From IMG/VR virus record IMGVR_UViG_3300022752_000016: a DNA stretch of 64,000 nucleotides; one strand, written 5' to 3'. Source of the stretch: a virus (Duplodnaviria > Caudoviricetes). The notes beneath the pieces were generated by a model. The model saw only the letters and a list, made by a program, of their open reading frames with translations, made no database searches and had not been told where the DNA came from. A program made the translations under genes and the position numbers. The stretch's first letter is position 1. Every line of letters starts with the position of its first letter. Below, piece after piece: positions 19,315 through 29,100 of this stretch.

Positions 19315-21573
19315 ATGAATTCACCTGAAATTGAAACCATTATTGAGCAGGCTATAATAGTTGCCAAAGAAAAGCAACATGAATATGTTACTATTGAACA
19401 TTTATTGTTGGCATTAATTAATTATTATCCATTTAAAAAATGTTTAAACACATTTAATGTTGATGTAGATGGCTTAGCTAGAGAAATAAACTCATATTTA
19501 GATTCTCTAAATGCGATAAAAGTAAATGAAGAGGTTCAACCTAAAAAAACAAATAGTTTAGAACGTGTAATGAATCGTAGTGTAACCCAAGTTTTGTTTA
19601 CTGGTCGTAGACAGGTTACAACAATAGACTTATATCTAAGTATTGCACTTGAAGGTAATAGTCATGCACATTATTTTTTATTAAAATATGGTATTAATAA
19701 AACAGAATTTGTACAGCATTGGCAGCGTAATTACAAACCTAATGAATATAGTTCAAACTTAACAGAAGTACAAGCTGATGAAATACTTAACGAATATACC
19801 ACAAACCTAACAAAACTTGCCAAAGCAGATAAACTTGAGCCTGTAATTGGAAGAACCAAAGAAATTACTGACATTATTCATATATTAGCACGTAGGTTTA
19901 AATCCAACGTGCTAATGGTAGGAGATCCAGGTGTGGGGAAAACTGCTATAGCAGAAGGTATCGCTAATGCTATTGTAAAAAATGAAGTTCCAGATTTTCT
20001 AAAAAACTACGAATTATTTAGTTTAGAAATAGGTAGTTTATTGGCAGGAAGTCGTTATAGAGGTGACTTTGAAGAAAAAGTAAAACATGTTATTGATGCA
20101 TTAAACACCAAAAAGAAAGCTATTTTATTTGTTGATGAAGCACACACGATGACGAATAGTGGATCGTCTTCACAAGGGTCCCTAGACTTTGCTAACTTGA
20201 TTAAACCTGCACTTACTAAGGGAACAATTAAAATAATTGCAAGTACAACATGGGAAGAATTTTACGAAAGTTTTGAAAAAGATAGGGCATTTATGCGTAG
20301 ATTTTATAAAATTAATATAGATGAGCCTAATTATGAATCTACAATTAGAATTTTGTCTGGATTAAGTGAAAGATTGAATGATTTTCATAATGTTAAAATT
20401 ACAGATGATGCTATCCTAGCGGCTGTTGACTCATCAACTAGATATATTAATGATAAAAAAAACCCAGATAAGTCAATTGATTTATTGGACGCAGCATGTG
20501 CGAAACAACGAGCACTTGGAAATAAGGATTGTGAAATTACAAAACAATTAATTTTTGAACAAGTTGAAAAATACACAGGAGTTCCTGCCGATAAATTGAA
20601 TGGGGATAACTTAGATAAAGTAAATAATCTAGAAGTAAACATAAAATCAAAGCTGTATGGACAAGATAAAACTGTAGAACAAGTTCTTGAACGAGTTTAT
20701 ATTAGCTTTGCTGGAATAGGTAACGAAACTAAACCAATATCAAGTTTTTTATTTTTAGGTCCAACTGGTACAGGTAAAACAGAACTTGCAAAACTTTTAA
20801 GTAAGAATCTTGATATGCCCTTACTTAAATATGATATGAGTGAATATAGCGAAAAACATAGTGTAAGTTCTCTAATAGGTCCTCCCCCAGGATATGTTGG
20901 ATTTAATGATAGTCAAGTGCAAGGTGGTAGATTAATTAGTGATTTAAGTAAAAATCCACATTCTGTTATGTTATTTGATGAAGTGGAAAAAGCTCATCCT
21001 GATATTTTTAATATATTTTTACAAATGTTGGATGAAGGTACCATTACTGGAAGCAATGGAAAAATAGTTAGTTGTAAAAATGCTATTATAATTTTAACTA
21101 GTAATTTAGGTAGTGCGGATAGTGAAAAAAATAATATTGGTTTTGGTGCACAGGAAAAAACTGGAGAAGATGATAGAGCACTACGTGAATTTTTTAAGCC
21201 TGAATTCAGAAATAGATTAGACATGGTTTGTAAATTTAATAAACTTGATACGTTAGCAATAAAAAAGATTGTGGTAAAATTTGTTAATGCACTTAAAACT
21301 ACTTTAACAGACAAACATAATATAACTTTTAATTTATCAGAACATGTAATTGAATTTTTAGCTAACCAAGGTTATGATAGTAAAATGGGTGCAAGACCAT
21401 TATCAAGAAAAATTGATGAATTGATTCGTGTACCATTAAGTAAAAAAATTGTATTTGAAAAAATAAAAAATGCTAATGTAATGGCAGTTCTAATAGATGG
21501 TAATATTGTATTTGAAACAAATAAAAAAGTTAATGCTAAAATAGGAGACGATGGAGTCATCGAGGTATTTTAA
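19315..21573 (+). CDS. clpA: ATP-dependent Clp protease ATP-binding subunit ClpA-like
   Basis: Clp N-domain (HEYVTIEHLLLAL), GDPGVGKT, FVDEAH, GPTGTGKT, LFDEVEKAH, IGF loop; no ClpB middle domain. Confidence 0.92.
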   Translation: MNSPEIETIIEQAIIVAKEKQHEYVTIEHLLLALINYYPFKKCLNTFNVDVDGLAREINSYLDSLNAIKVNEEVQPKKTNSLERVMNRSVTQVLFTGRRQVTTIDLYLSIALEGNSHAHYFLLKYGINKTEFVQHWQRNYKPNEYSSNLTEVQADEILNEYTTNLTKLAKADKLEPVIGRTKEITDIIHILARRFKSNVLMVGDPGVGKTAIAEGIANAIVKNEVPDFLKNYELFSLEIGSLLAGSRYRGDFEEKVKHVIDALNTKKKAILFVDEAHTMTNSGSSSQGSLDFANLIKPALTKGTIKIIASTTWEEFYESFEKDRAFMRRFYKINIDEPNYESTIRILSGLSERLNDFHNVKITDDAILAAVDSSTRYINDKKNPDKSIDLLDAACAKQRALGNKDCEITKQLIFEQVEKYTGVPADKLNGDNLDKVNNLEVNIKSKLYGQDKTVEQVLERVYISFAGIGNETKPISSFLFLGPTGTGKTELAKLLSKNLDMPLLKYDMSEYSEKHSVSSLIGPPPGYVGFNDSQVQGGRLISDLSKNPHSVMLFDEVEKAHPDIFNIFLQMLDEGTITGSNGKIVSCKNAIIILTSNLGSADSEKNNIGFGAQEKTGEDDRALREFFKPEFRNRLDMVCKFNKLDTLAIKKIVVKFVNALKTTLTDKHNITFNLSEHVIEFLANQGYDSKMGARPLSRKIDELIRVPLSKKIVFEKIKNANVMAVLIDGNIVFETNKKVNAKIGDDGVIEVF

Positions 21574-22223
21574 TGTATAATCATGGTTTTCCTATAACTA
21601 TTGTTGATAACTTTTTAGATGATCCCTATGAAACGGTAGAACTGGCTAACTCAGTAAATTATGAAATAGATACAGAAGGCCGATGGCCTGGAAAAAGGTC
21701 TGTACATGTAGGAGAATTTGCTCCTGTATTTTTTAATCGTGTTATTAAAAAATTTATTTCACTATATTATGGATCGGAAAATAAGTATTCATTTTATGCC
21801 AGTATGTATTTTCAAAAAATTCCTTCAAATTTAAATGAAGGTTGGGTCCATGCGGATGTCCAAAGTTATGTAAATGGTATAATATATTTAAATCCCAAAC
21901 CATCAATAAATGCAGGCACCTCTATTATTATGCCAAATACTGTAAATTGGGATAATGCTATTAATATTGATGTAAAAAAGGAATGTTACAAAAACAGCAA
22001 AGATGATGAAATTGCAAGAGAAGAAAATAATTGTCAATTTCATGAAAGTATTATTATAAAAAATAGATTTAATAGACTACTTGCATTTGATGGGCATATA
22101 AACCATAAAGCTAATTTTGAAAAGGATACAAAAAATAAAGAAAGACTTACTTTAGTGTTTTTCATAACACAATTTGTTTCTGAAAATCCTTTACCCTTAC
22201 ACAGATCAAGAATTTCATCATGA
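21573..22223 (+). CDS. Putative 2OG-Fe(II) oxygenase
   Basis: IVDNFLDDP, WVHAD (HxD), distal H and RLTLVFF. Confidence 0.7.
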   Translation: MYNHGFPITIVDNFLDDPYETVELANSVNYEIDTEGRWPGKRSVHVGEFAPVFFNRVIKKFISLYYGSENKYSFYASMYFQKIPSNLNEGWVHADVQSYVNGIIYLNPKPSINAGTSIIMPNTVNWDNAINIDVKKECYKNSKDDEIAREENNCQFHESIIIKNRFNRLLAFDGHINHKANFEKDTKNKERLTLVFFITQFVSENPLPLHRSRISS

Positions 22224-22927
22224 ATATTGAAAATAGAAAAACATTATACTACAAAAAATATTTTTACAAAGCTAAGTTAGAAATACCATATGCAAGATAC
22301 ATGTCAATGTCAAAAACTTTTGGTGATTTTTGTGAATTTGGATCTAGGTTTAGTATTAATTTTGAAAAAGTAGATAAAGTAATTACGCAAGAGTTTATTA
22401 ACTTCATAAATTCATATGATAAAAAACAATTAATTATTCGTATTGAAAATAAAAATGTAAGTATTTTTTGTAATGACCTAGATGTTCTTAAAACAACATC
22501 AAAACTATTTGGTAATCCTATATTTTATAAAGCAAATGCGTATGATGAAAACGTTTTGGTATTTAAAAACTATCCAAAGCATAAATTTAGAACTTATGTA
22601 AAACAGGGTTATTTAAATAAAAGTCAAAAACATTTATTATATGATTTTATTAATAATCATGTTAAGGATCGATTAGACAAAACAATATCTAAATCTTTTT
22701 ATAGGAAAACATTTGATTTTATAAATCCATACAATGAATATTGGCATGGATCACATTTTATTGATTATGATGATGAAAGTTTTAAAACATTGATTCACTT
22801 ATTTATTGGAAACTTAGCTGGCAAAACCTATAAACTTGTTTGGGTTAATGATAAAGATAAATACTCTTATAAAACGGAGTGTTTAGATGGCGAAAATAGT
22901 AGAGGAAATGCTAGTCATAAAATTTAG
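22220..22927 (+). CDS. Hypothetical protein
   Basis: 235-aa coupled ORF. Confidence 0.7.
   Translation: MNIENRKTLYYKKYFYKAKLEIPYARYMSMSKTFGDFCEFGSRFSINFEKVDKVITQEFINFINSYDKKQLIIRIENKNVSIFCNDLDVLKTTSKLFGNPIFYKANAYDENVLVFKNYPKHKFRTYVKQGYLNKSQKHLLYDFINNHVKDRLDKTISKSFYRKTFDFINPYNEYWHGSHFIDYDDESFKTLIHLFIGNLAGKTYKLVWVNDKDKYSYKTECLDGENSRGNASHKI
22856..22863 (+). promoter_or_regulatory. Candidate late promoter (GATAAATA)
   Basis: Upstream of the 22887 RBS. Confidence 0.4.
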
Positions 22928-23051
22928 TAAATTGGTAAAAGATTCAGAAAAGGTAGGATCACTTATAAACGATGAAACCTACCAAGCTTTAGAACAAGTT
23001 GTACAAGAATTAGTTGGCGACGGTATTGTAGTTGAGGTTATTAAAGAATAA
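22887..23051 (+). CDS. Small hypothetical protein (54 aa, not in ORF track)
   Basis: MAKIVEEMLVIKFSKLVKD...VEVIKE; ACGGAG RBS; stop overlaps the next ATG. Confidence 0.7.
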   Translation: MAKIVEEMLVIKFSKLVKDSEKVGSLINDETYQALEQVVQELVGDGIVVEVIKE

Positions 23052-23437
23052 TGTCACAAGTAACTACATTAATTTTGTTACCACAAACTGCCTATGTAAA
23101 TCCAGGTAATGGAGCTCCATATACAGTGACGGGAAATAGTCAACCTGCTGCTGCTTATTTTTTAGGTAATCAAGATTTACAAACATTAAATTTGCGTGTT
23201 ACAGAATGTACAGGCAATATTGTTTTAGAAGCAACATTAGCAAGTAGTCCAACAAATACAGATTGGTTTAAGGTTTATGAACTTGAAGCCAATGCAAATG
23301 CACCTGCTAATAGTGCAAGTTATATAGCAAGTAATGCTAGTTTATATTCAAACATAGAGGGAAATTTTGTTTACGTAAGAGCCAAAATTGAAGATTTTCA
23401 AGGTGGAGCAGTTAATTACGTAAAAATTTCATATTAA
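23051..23437 (+). CDS. Hypothetical protein (possibly virion)
   Basis: 128-aa beta-rich ORF in a late-promoter block. Confidence 0.7.
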   Translation: MSQVTTLILLPQTAYVNPGNGAPYTVTGNSQPAAAYFLGNQDLQTLNLRVTECTGNIVLEATLASSPTNTDWFKVYELEANANAPANSASYIASNASLYSNIEGNFVYVRAKIEDFQGGAVNYVKISY

Positions 23438-23458
23438 GTTTTTTTTAAAGAGGAAAGC

Positions 23459-23647
23459 ATGGAAACAGTAAATCAATTAAAAGAGCAGTTTGAAGCATTT
23501 ATGAAAGAAAATGATAAATTTGTAGGTGGTAATAATGCTGCTGGAACAAGAGCAAGAAAAGCGTTAGCTGAAATGGCAAAACTTGTTAAAGCAAGACGTG
23601 GTGAAATCACAGAAGAAAAGAATGCACGTAAGGAAGCCAAAGCCTAA
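23459..23647 (+). CDS. Histone H1-like (Hc1-type) small basic DNA-binding protein
   Basis: ENDKFVGGNNAAGTRARKALAEMAK pattern; GAGG RBS. Confidence 0.65.
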   Translation: METVNQLKEQFEAFMKENDKFVGGNNAAGTRARKALAEMAKLVKARRGEITEEKNARKEAKA

Positions 23648-24454
23648 ATGAATGTTATAGCAGTTTATCCAGGTAGGTTTCATCCTTTCCATATAGGACA
23701 TGCTGATAGTTATAAACAACTAGCAGATAAGTTTGGGAAAGATAATACTTATTTGGCATTAAGTGCTAAACAAGAACAACCTAAAAGCCCTTTTAGCACA
23801 ATAGACCGTGCTAAAATGGCTATGGTGTTGGGTATTCCCAAAGAACAAATAATTAGTGTAACAAATCCATATTCCGCAAAAGAGTATATAGAAAGATTAC
23901 AAAGCAAAGGTGGTGATCCTGAAAACACAGCAATTGTTTTTGGGGTAAGCAAAAAAGATATGGAAGGAGTTCCTGAACTTAATATTCCACCTGATCCTAG
24001 GTTTGAATTTAAGCCTAAAAAGGATGGTAGTCCAAGTTACTTACAGCCTTACACTGATAAACTTGAACCAATGACCAAACATGGATATGTATATAGTACT
24101 GATGTAAAAGAGTTTCCTATTGCAGGAGAAATGATGCGTGATGCCAGTACTATTCGCAAAGCATATCAAAACGCTGATGATAAAAAAGAATTAGAAATTT
24201 TACAAGATTTATATGGTAAAAACGCACATCTTGTTAAATCAATTTTTGATACACATTTAAATTTAAACGAAAGTATTAAACGTTTTATCAATCGTATTAC
24301 TCCATTGGTACATAGTGCATTACCTGAACAAAAAATTAAATTATTAAATCTTTTAAAAGAAGCTAAAGCTATGCAAAAAGCCAAAACTTTAGAACATGAA
24401 TTGCATGAAACAAATACTATTATAGAAGATACGGATTATTTAGAAGAAAAATAA
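23648..24454 (+). CDS. HIGH-motif nucleotidyltransferase (cytidyltransferase-like)
   Basis: VYPGRFHPFHIGH. Confidence 0.75.
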   Translation: MNVIAVYPGRFHPFHIGHADSYKQLADKFGKDNTYLALSAKQEQPKSPFSTIDRAKMAMVLGIPKEQIISVTNPYSAKEYIERLQSKGGDPENTAIVFGVSKKDMEGVPELNIPPDPRFEFKPKKDGSPSYLQPYTDKLEPMTKHGYVYSTDVKEFPIAGEMMRDASTIRKAYQNADDKKELEILQDLYGKNAHLVKSIFDTHLNLNESIKRFINRITPLVHSALPEQKIKLLNLLKEAKAMQKAKTLEHELHETNTIIEDTDYLEEK

Positions 24455-24472
24455 TCAACGCTATTTTACACA

Positions 24473-24479
24473 GTAAATA
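24473..24479 (+). promoter_or_regulatory. Candidate late promoter (GTAAATA)
   Basis: Upstream of the 24502 RBS. Confidence 0.35.
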
Positions 24480-24501
24480 TGTCTATACTTATTGAGGACA
24501 T

Positions 24502-25383
24502 ATGTCAAACGAAGAAAACACAACAGAAAAAACAATTCCTGTAGAGGCAGTACAAGAATTAGTAGAGAACAAGCCTGCTGAAAATTCTGGTCCACAAGCT
24601 GGACAAGTACAAGTTAATGTAGACTTTTTAAAAACTACAAAAGTGCATATTGCTATGCCCTGTTATGGTGGCATGTTAACAGAATCAACTTTTATGAGTT
24701 TTATTAAGTTTGCTAACATGGCAAGACAGTTGGGTATTGATTGGACATTAGAAACAATGGTCAATGAATCATTAATTAGTCGTGCTAGAAATACATTAAC
24801 TGCTAAATTTTTAGATATGCCAGAAGCCACGCATTTATTCTTTGTAGATGCTGATATTGGGTGGGAGCCATGGCATTTGTTAGTATTATTAAATCGCAAT
24901 GTTGACGTTATTGGAGGTTTATATCCAATGAAAACAATGCCCATTAAATGGGTAGTAAATGGTTTTGAGGGTGCCGAAGAGGGTCCAGAAGGTTTACAAG
25001 AAGTAAGCAAAGCAGGCACAGGCTTTTTATTAATGAAAAAACATGTGTTTCACAAACTAAATAGTCACCCAGCAGTAAAACAATATAAGAATGATATTGG
25101 TTTAGATCCAAAATATGATCAACATTTAAAGACATACTTTGATACTGCTGTAAGACAAAATCGCTATTATAGCGAAGATTGGACATTCTGTGAAAACTGG
25201 CGTGATTTAGGGGGAAAAGTTTATGTAGACAAACGTGTATTATTACGTCATAGCGGTAGTTATGTTTTTTGTATGGAAAATCAACAACATCTATTAAACA
25301 CTGTTGGACCATTATATATGTCTGAAAAACGACAACAAGGAATGAAATTAATAGACAAAGACGGTAAAGAAATTACCGAATAA
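24502..25383 (+). CDS. Glycosyltransferase-like protein (GT-A fold)
   Basis: HIAMPCYGG, ESLISRARN, HLFFVDADIGW (DxD), GTGFLLMK, SEDWTFC. Confidence 0.75.
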   Translation: MSNEENTTEKTIPVEAVQELVENKPAENSGPQAGQVQVNVDFLKTTKVHIAMPCYGGMLTESTFMSFIKFANMARQLGIDWTLETMVNESLISRARNTLTAKFLDMPEATHLFFVDADIGWEPWHLLVLLNRNVDVIGGLYPMKTMPIKWVVNGFEGAEEGPEGLQEVSKAGTGFLLMKKHVFHKLNSHPAVKQYKNDIGLDPKYDQHLKTYFDTAVRQNRYYSEDWTFCENWRDLGGKVYVDKRVLLRHSGSYVFCMENQQHLLNTVGPLYMSEKRQQGMKLIDKDGKEITE

Positions 25384-25384
25384 A

Positions 25385-25406
25385 TTAGCCCCGAAAGGGG
25401 CTTTTT
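25385..25406 (+). terminator. Intrinsic terminator with GAAA tetraloop
   Basis: AGCCCC-GAAA-GGGGCT followed by TTTT. Confidence 0.85.
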
Positions 25407-25424
25407 CTTGTTATAGCCAAATCT

Positions 25425-25432
25425 GATAAATA
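25425..25432 (+). promoter_or_regulatory. Candidate late promoter (GATAAATA)
   Basis: Between the terminator and the first CTS-like gene. Confidence 0.5.
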
Positions 25433-25454
25433 CTCATTATAACAGGATTTGGCT

Positions 25455-26102
25455 ATGAGAGCAACAGATTTAATGGAAATGGGTACTGTAGCAGGGGCAT
25501 TTGCTACAGTAGCGAAGCCTATGGGCGAAACACAAAAACGTGGTGTAAAAGTTGCTGGGTTACAACCAGCAGAAAAAGTTATGACTGGGAAGTCAAAGAA
25601 AAAAGGCCCATATCAAAATAGTATAAATGAAGGCAAAATGAAAGATTTGTCATTAGACCTACGCAGTGATAAGGATGGTTTATCTGATATGGAATTTAAA
25701 AAGAAATATGGTAAAACCAAAGAAGAAATGCGTAAATCTCTTAAAGCGAATAAAGAGAAAAAAGTTAATGAAGCTGAATTAAGTGAAGATGATATTATAC
25801 TAGTGCCAGGGCAAGGTAGGAAATTTAAGACTGGTTTTGTCCCAAAAGGAGAAAGTAGAGTTGACCACGAAGTAGAAATGGCACGTAGTGATTTATTTCA
25901 AACAGCTAAAAATGCCCAACAAGTATATAAGTTAATAAAAAATTTAAGTGAAGATGATGGATTAGAAGGTTGGGTACAAGAGAAAATAATCAAAGCAAAC
26001 GATTATTTAAATTCAGTACGTGAATATTTAGAACATAAAACTTATATGCAAGAAATGTCAGGTGGTGTTATTGCAGCAGGTGGCGTTGGCGAGTCAAAAT
26101 GA
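25455..26102 (+). CDS. Putative internal head protein (modular, CTS-like N-terminus MRATDLME)
   Basis: N-terminus resembles other MRAxEF genes; modules separated by INE/VNE/LSE/MQE. Confidence 0.6.
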   Translation: MRATDLMEMGTVAGAFATVAKPMGETQKRGVKVAGLQPAEKVMTGKSKKKGPYQNSINEGKMKDLSLDLRSDKDGLSDMEFKKKYGKTKEEMRKSLKANKEKKVNEAELSEDDIILVPGQGRKFKTGFVPKGESRVDHEVEMARSDLFQTAKNAQQVYKLIKNLSEDDGLEGWVQEKIIKANDYLNSVREYLEHKTYMQEMSGGVIAAGGVGESK

Positions 26103-29100
26103 GTTCTATAATAAAAGGCTTAGTCAACGAGGATGAAGCTGCTGGTATGAGGTGGGAAGAGGAACTTATGGATGCTTGGGCACCCTATGCTGCCAAGCAT
26201 ATGGCTAAAGTCGTAAAGCAAGCTTTCAACAATCTTTATCCAAATGTAAAATTAAAAGTTTGGGCGGAAGCTGAAGGAGTCTCAGCAACCACTGATCCAG
26301 CCAGTGTTAATGTCAAAGCCGATGTGTTTGGACAATATGGAAAAAAAGATTGGGAATGTAATTTCTTTTGTGGACCTTTATATAATGTAGAGGATGATCG
26401 TAAATATCTTGAACTAATGGTTGAAGATGCCGCTAGCGGAAGTTATCCTGGTGTATGGAGGATAATACTTAGTGAATGGAAAAAATGGGCTAGTAGCCAA
26501 TTAAAAAAAACTGGTGCTGATGATGTTTGTTTCAGTGTAGATGAAGACATGAGCGGCGGTGCGTGGGGGAAAGTTGCTGGTGCTGTTGGTATTAAATTTA
26601 TAGCACGTGACCTAGATGAAGGTGTGGCGGAAGGCTCAGGTCCAATAAGTAAAACCAAAGCACTTAACGCACTAAGAAAAGAACTAATGAATTCATATGA
26701 GTATATGAAATGTGGGAATTTGGAAGAATTTAAACAAAGATTACAATGGCTCAGTGAAGGAATGTTGAAGAATCACATGACTGGTGGAAAAACAACAGCA
26801 ATTAACCAGAAAGAAATTGAACTATATAAGGAATATCGTAAAAAACGAGAACAGATTCAACAAGGATTTACATCGCAAGGTGTGGCGGAAGGCTTAACCC
26901 CGAGTATTATACACAAATTAGCAGACCGTAAAGGAATCAAATGGGACAACGAGCCAAGTTTTCTTAAACTTACAAAAAGATTAACAGGCAAAGAACACCT
27001 AGACGATTTGGATCAAACAGAGTTACAAAAAGTCAAACAACATTTAGAAAAGCAAGATGTGGCGGAAGCGTTAAATTATGATAGAGAACCTTTGTATCAT
27101 GCTACATTAAAAGCATTTGAGCCTAGTATCATAAAATCAGGACTACTACCAGGCGGTAATTTAAGAATGTTTGACTGGAGTGACAAAAAGTATGTATACC
27201 TTAGTAACTATCCTGACATAGCACGAGATTTTGTTGATCCTGGAGTAATAGAACCAAGTCAAGAACACGAAGACCAAATATTTAAATTAATGAAACAGGG
27301 CGGTGTTATATTTAAAATAGATCAAAATAAATTAGACAGAAAGTTATTAATGTCTGATCCACATTTTCAAAGTGACGCAGATGATGGTGCAGAAACTTAT
27401 GTATATAGTGGTATAATTTCACCAAGTGCTATAATAGGAAAAAAGTATTTTAGAATAGATGAATCAGTTGGGGTAGAAATGGTATTGGACAAGGTGAATG
27501 GTATGGCTGAAAGTAATAGATTATATAAGTATCATCAAAAATTAAGAAAACAAGCTGGATTACCTGATCCACAAGAATACTTAAGAATGCAGAAACAAAA
27601 ATTAATTGAACTAATATTACTTAATGATCCTAACCAAGAATTAAACGTATTAGAATTAGCAACAATACCTGAGTTAAAAGAAATATATCAAATGATTAAA
27701 AAAGTTGATGAAGATAATACATATCAATTTGCTGCTGAAAAGACTCCAGTAATTAGTCCATACGTAGGCGTTAAAGATAATCAATTTCGTGGTGCGATTG
27801 GTGAAGGTATAAGAAGTATGTTTGAAGAACCCAACCATAGTCCAACTGATGCAGGGTACCAAGAAGGTGGTTGGAGAGTAATGTATAAAGATGAGATGAA
27901 TGAAGATTTACGCAAATGGTTTAAAGAGAAATGGGTAAGATTTGGACCAGATGGTAAGATTCGTGGTGCATGTGCTAGGGGTGATGATAGTGAGGGCAAG
28001 CCAAAATGTTTGCCACAAAGTAAAGCACATAGCTTAGGCAAGAAGGGTCGTGCTAGTGCTGCTTCTAGAAAGCGTAGGGAAGATCCTAACCCAGAGCGTA
28101 GCGGCAAGGCAATAAATGTTGCTACAAAAAAGAAAAAATCCAATGAGGGAAGTAATATGTATGAAGCAAGTGATATCTCAGGTTTATTGGCAGCTAGTCA
28201 TTTAAATAAATCATTTATTATAACTGCTATTACAGCAGAAGGACAAAAAAAGAAATTTCGTGTAAAAGCACAGAATGAAAGAGTTGCTAAAGAAAAGTTT
28301 CTAAAGCACCATAGTATGGCAAAAATACTTGATATAAAAGAAGAAAATATGCAAGAAATGCAAGGTTCTTCAAACGTTACTGATTTAAATATTAAACAAT
28401 TAGCTACTATTAGTGATGAAGCATTAGACAAAGCATATGGTTATGGTCGTAGTACTCCAGGAAATTCATTTGGTTGGCAAGCTAATTTAATGTCAGCTGC
28501 CTATGCTAAAAAAATGATAGATGCTGGTATAACGGATATTGAAAAAATAGCGGACGCAATTCACAAAGGTTGGAATGTTACCGCACAAAAGTTTGTGCAA
28601 AATCCTGATCAGTTTGATGATACAGAAAAGTTACGTCAAGCAGGAAAGCTTGATGCCAAGTTACAACAACGTGCAAAATTAATGAAAATTAATTATTCCC
28701 AACTTGACAATGATGAACAAGAAAAAGACCGTGTAGTTGCTAGAGCATTATTAAAAGCTATAAAAGGTCAACAAAATGTGACTGAAGAAAAATGCCCACA
28801 TTGTAGTGGTCCAATGTTTGAAATGAGTTTAATGAATGAAAAGAAAGATGCATGTTATTACAAAGTTAAAAGTCGCTATAAAGTATGGCCATCAGCATAT
28901 GCCAGTGGTGCTTTAGTTAAGTGTCGTAAAAAAGGTGCTAAGAATTGGGGCACTAAATCTGAAAGTTCAATTATGAAGGGTTTACAAAGTGAAGGTCAGA
29001 TTTATAGCACTGGTGGGGGAGCAGGACAAGCGCAACGTTATTATACTCCAAAAGATAATTTAGGTGAAGAACAACTGGATGAATTAAAATGTTGGCCTGG

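Noticed and set aside
26619-27071. GVAEG repeats as a CRISPR mini-array or Chi sites
   Set aside because: Spacing is 258 and 177 nt, in frame and coding; the sequence is not the E. coli Chi GCTGGTGG
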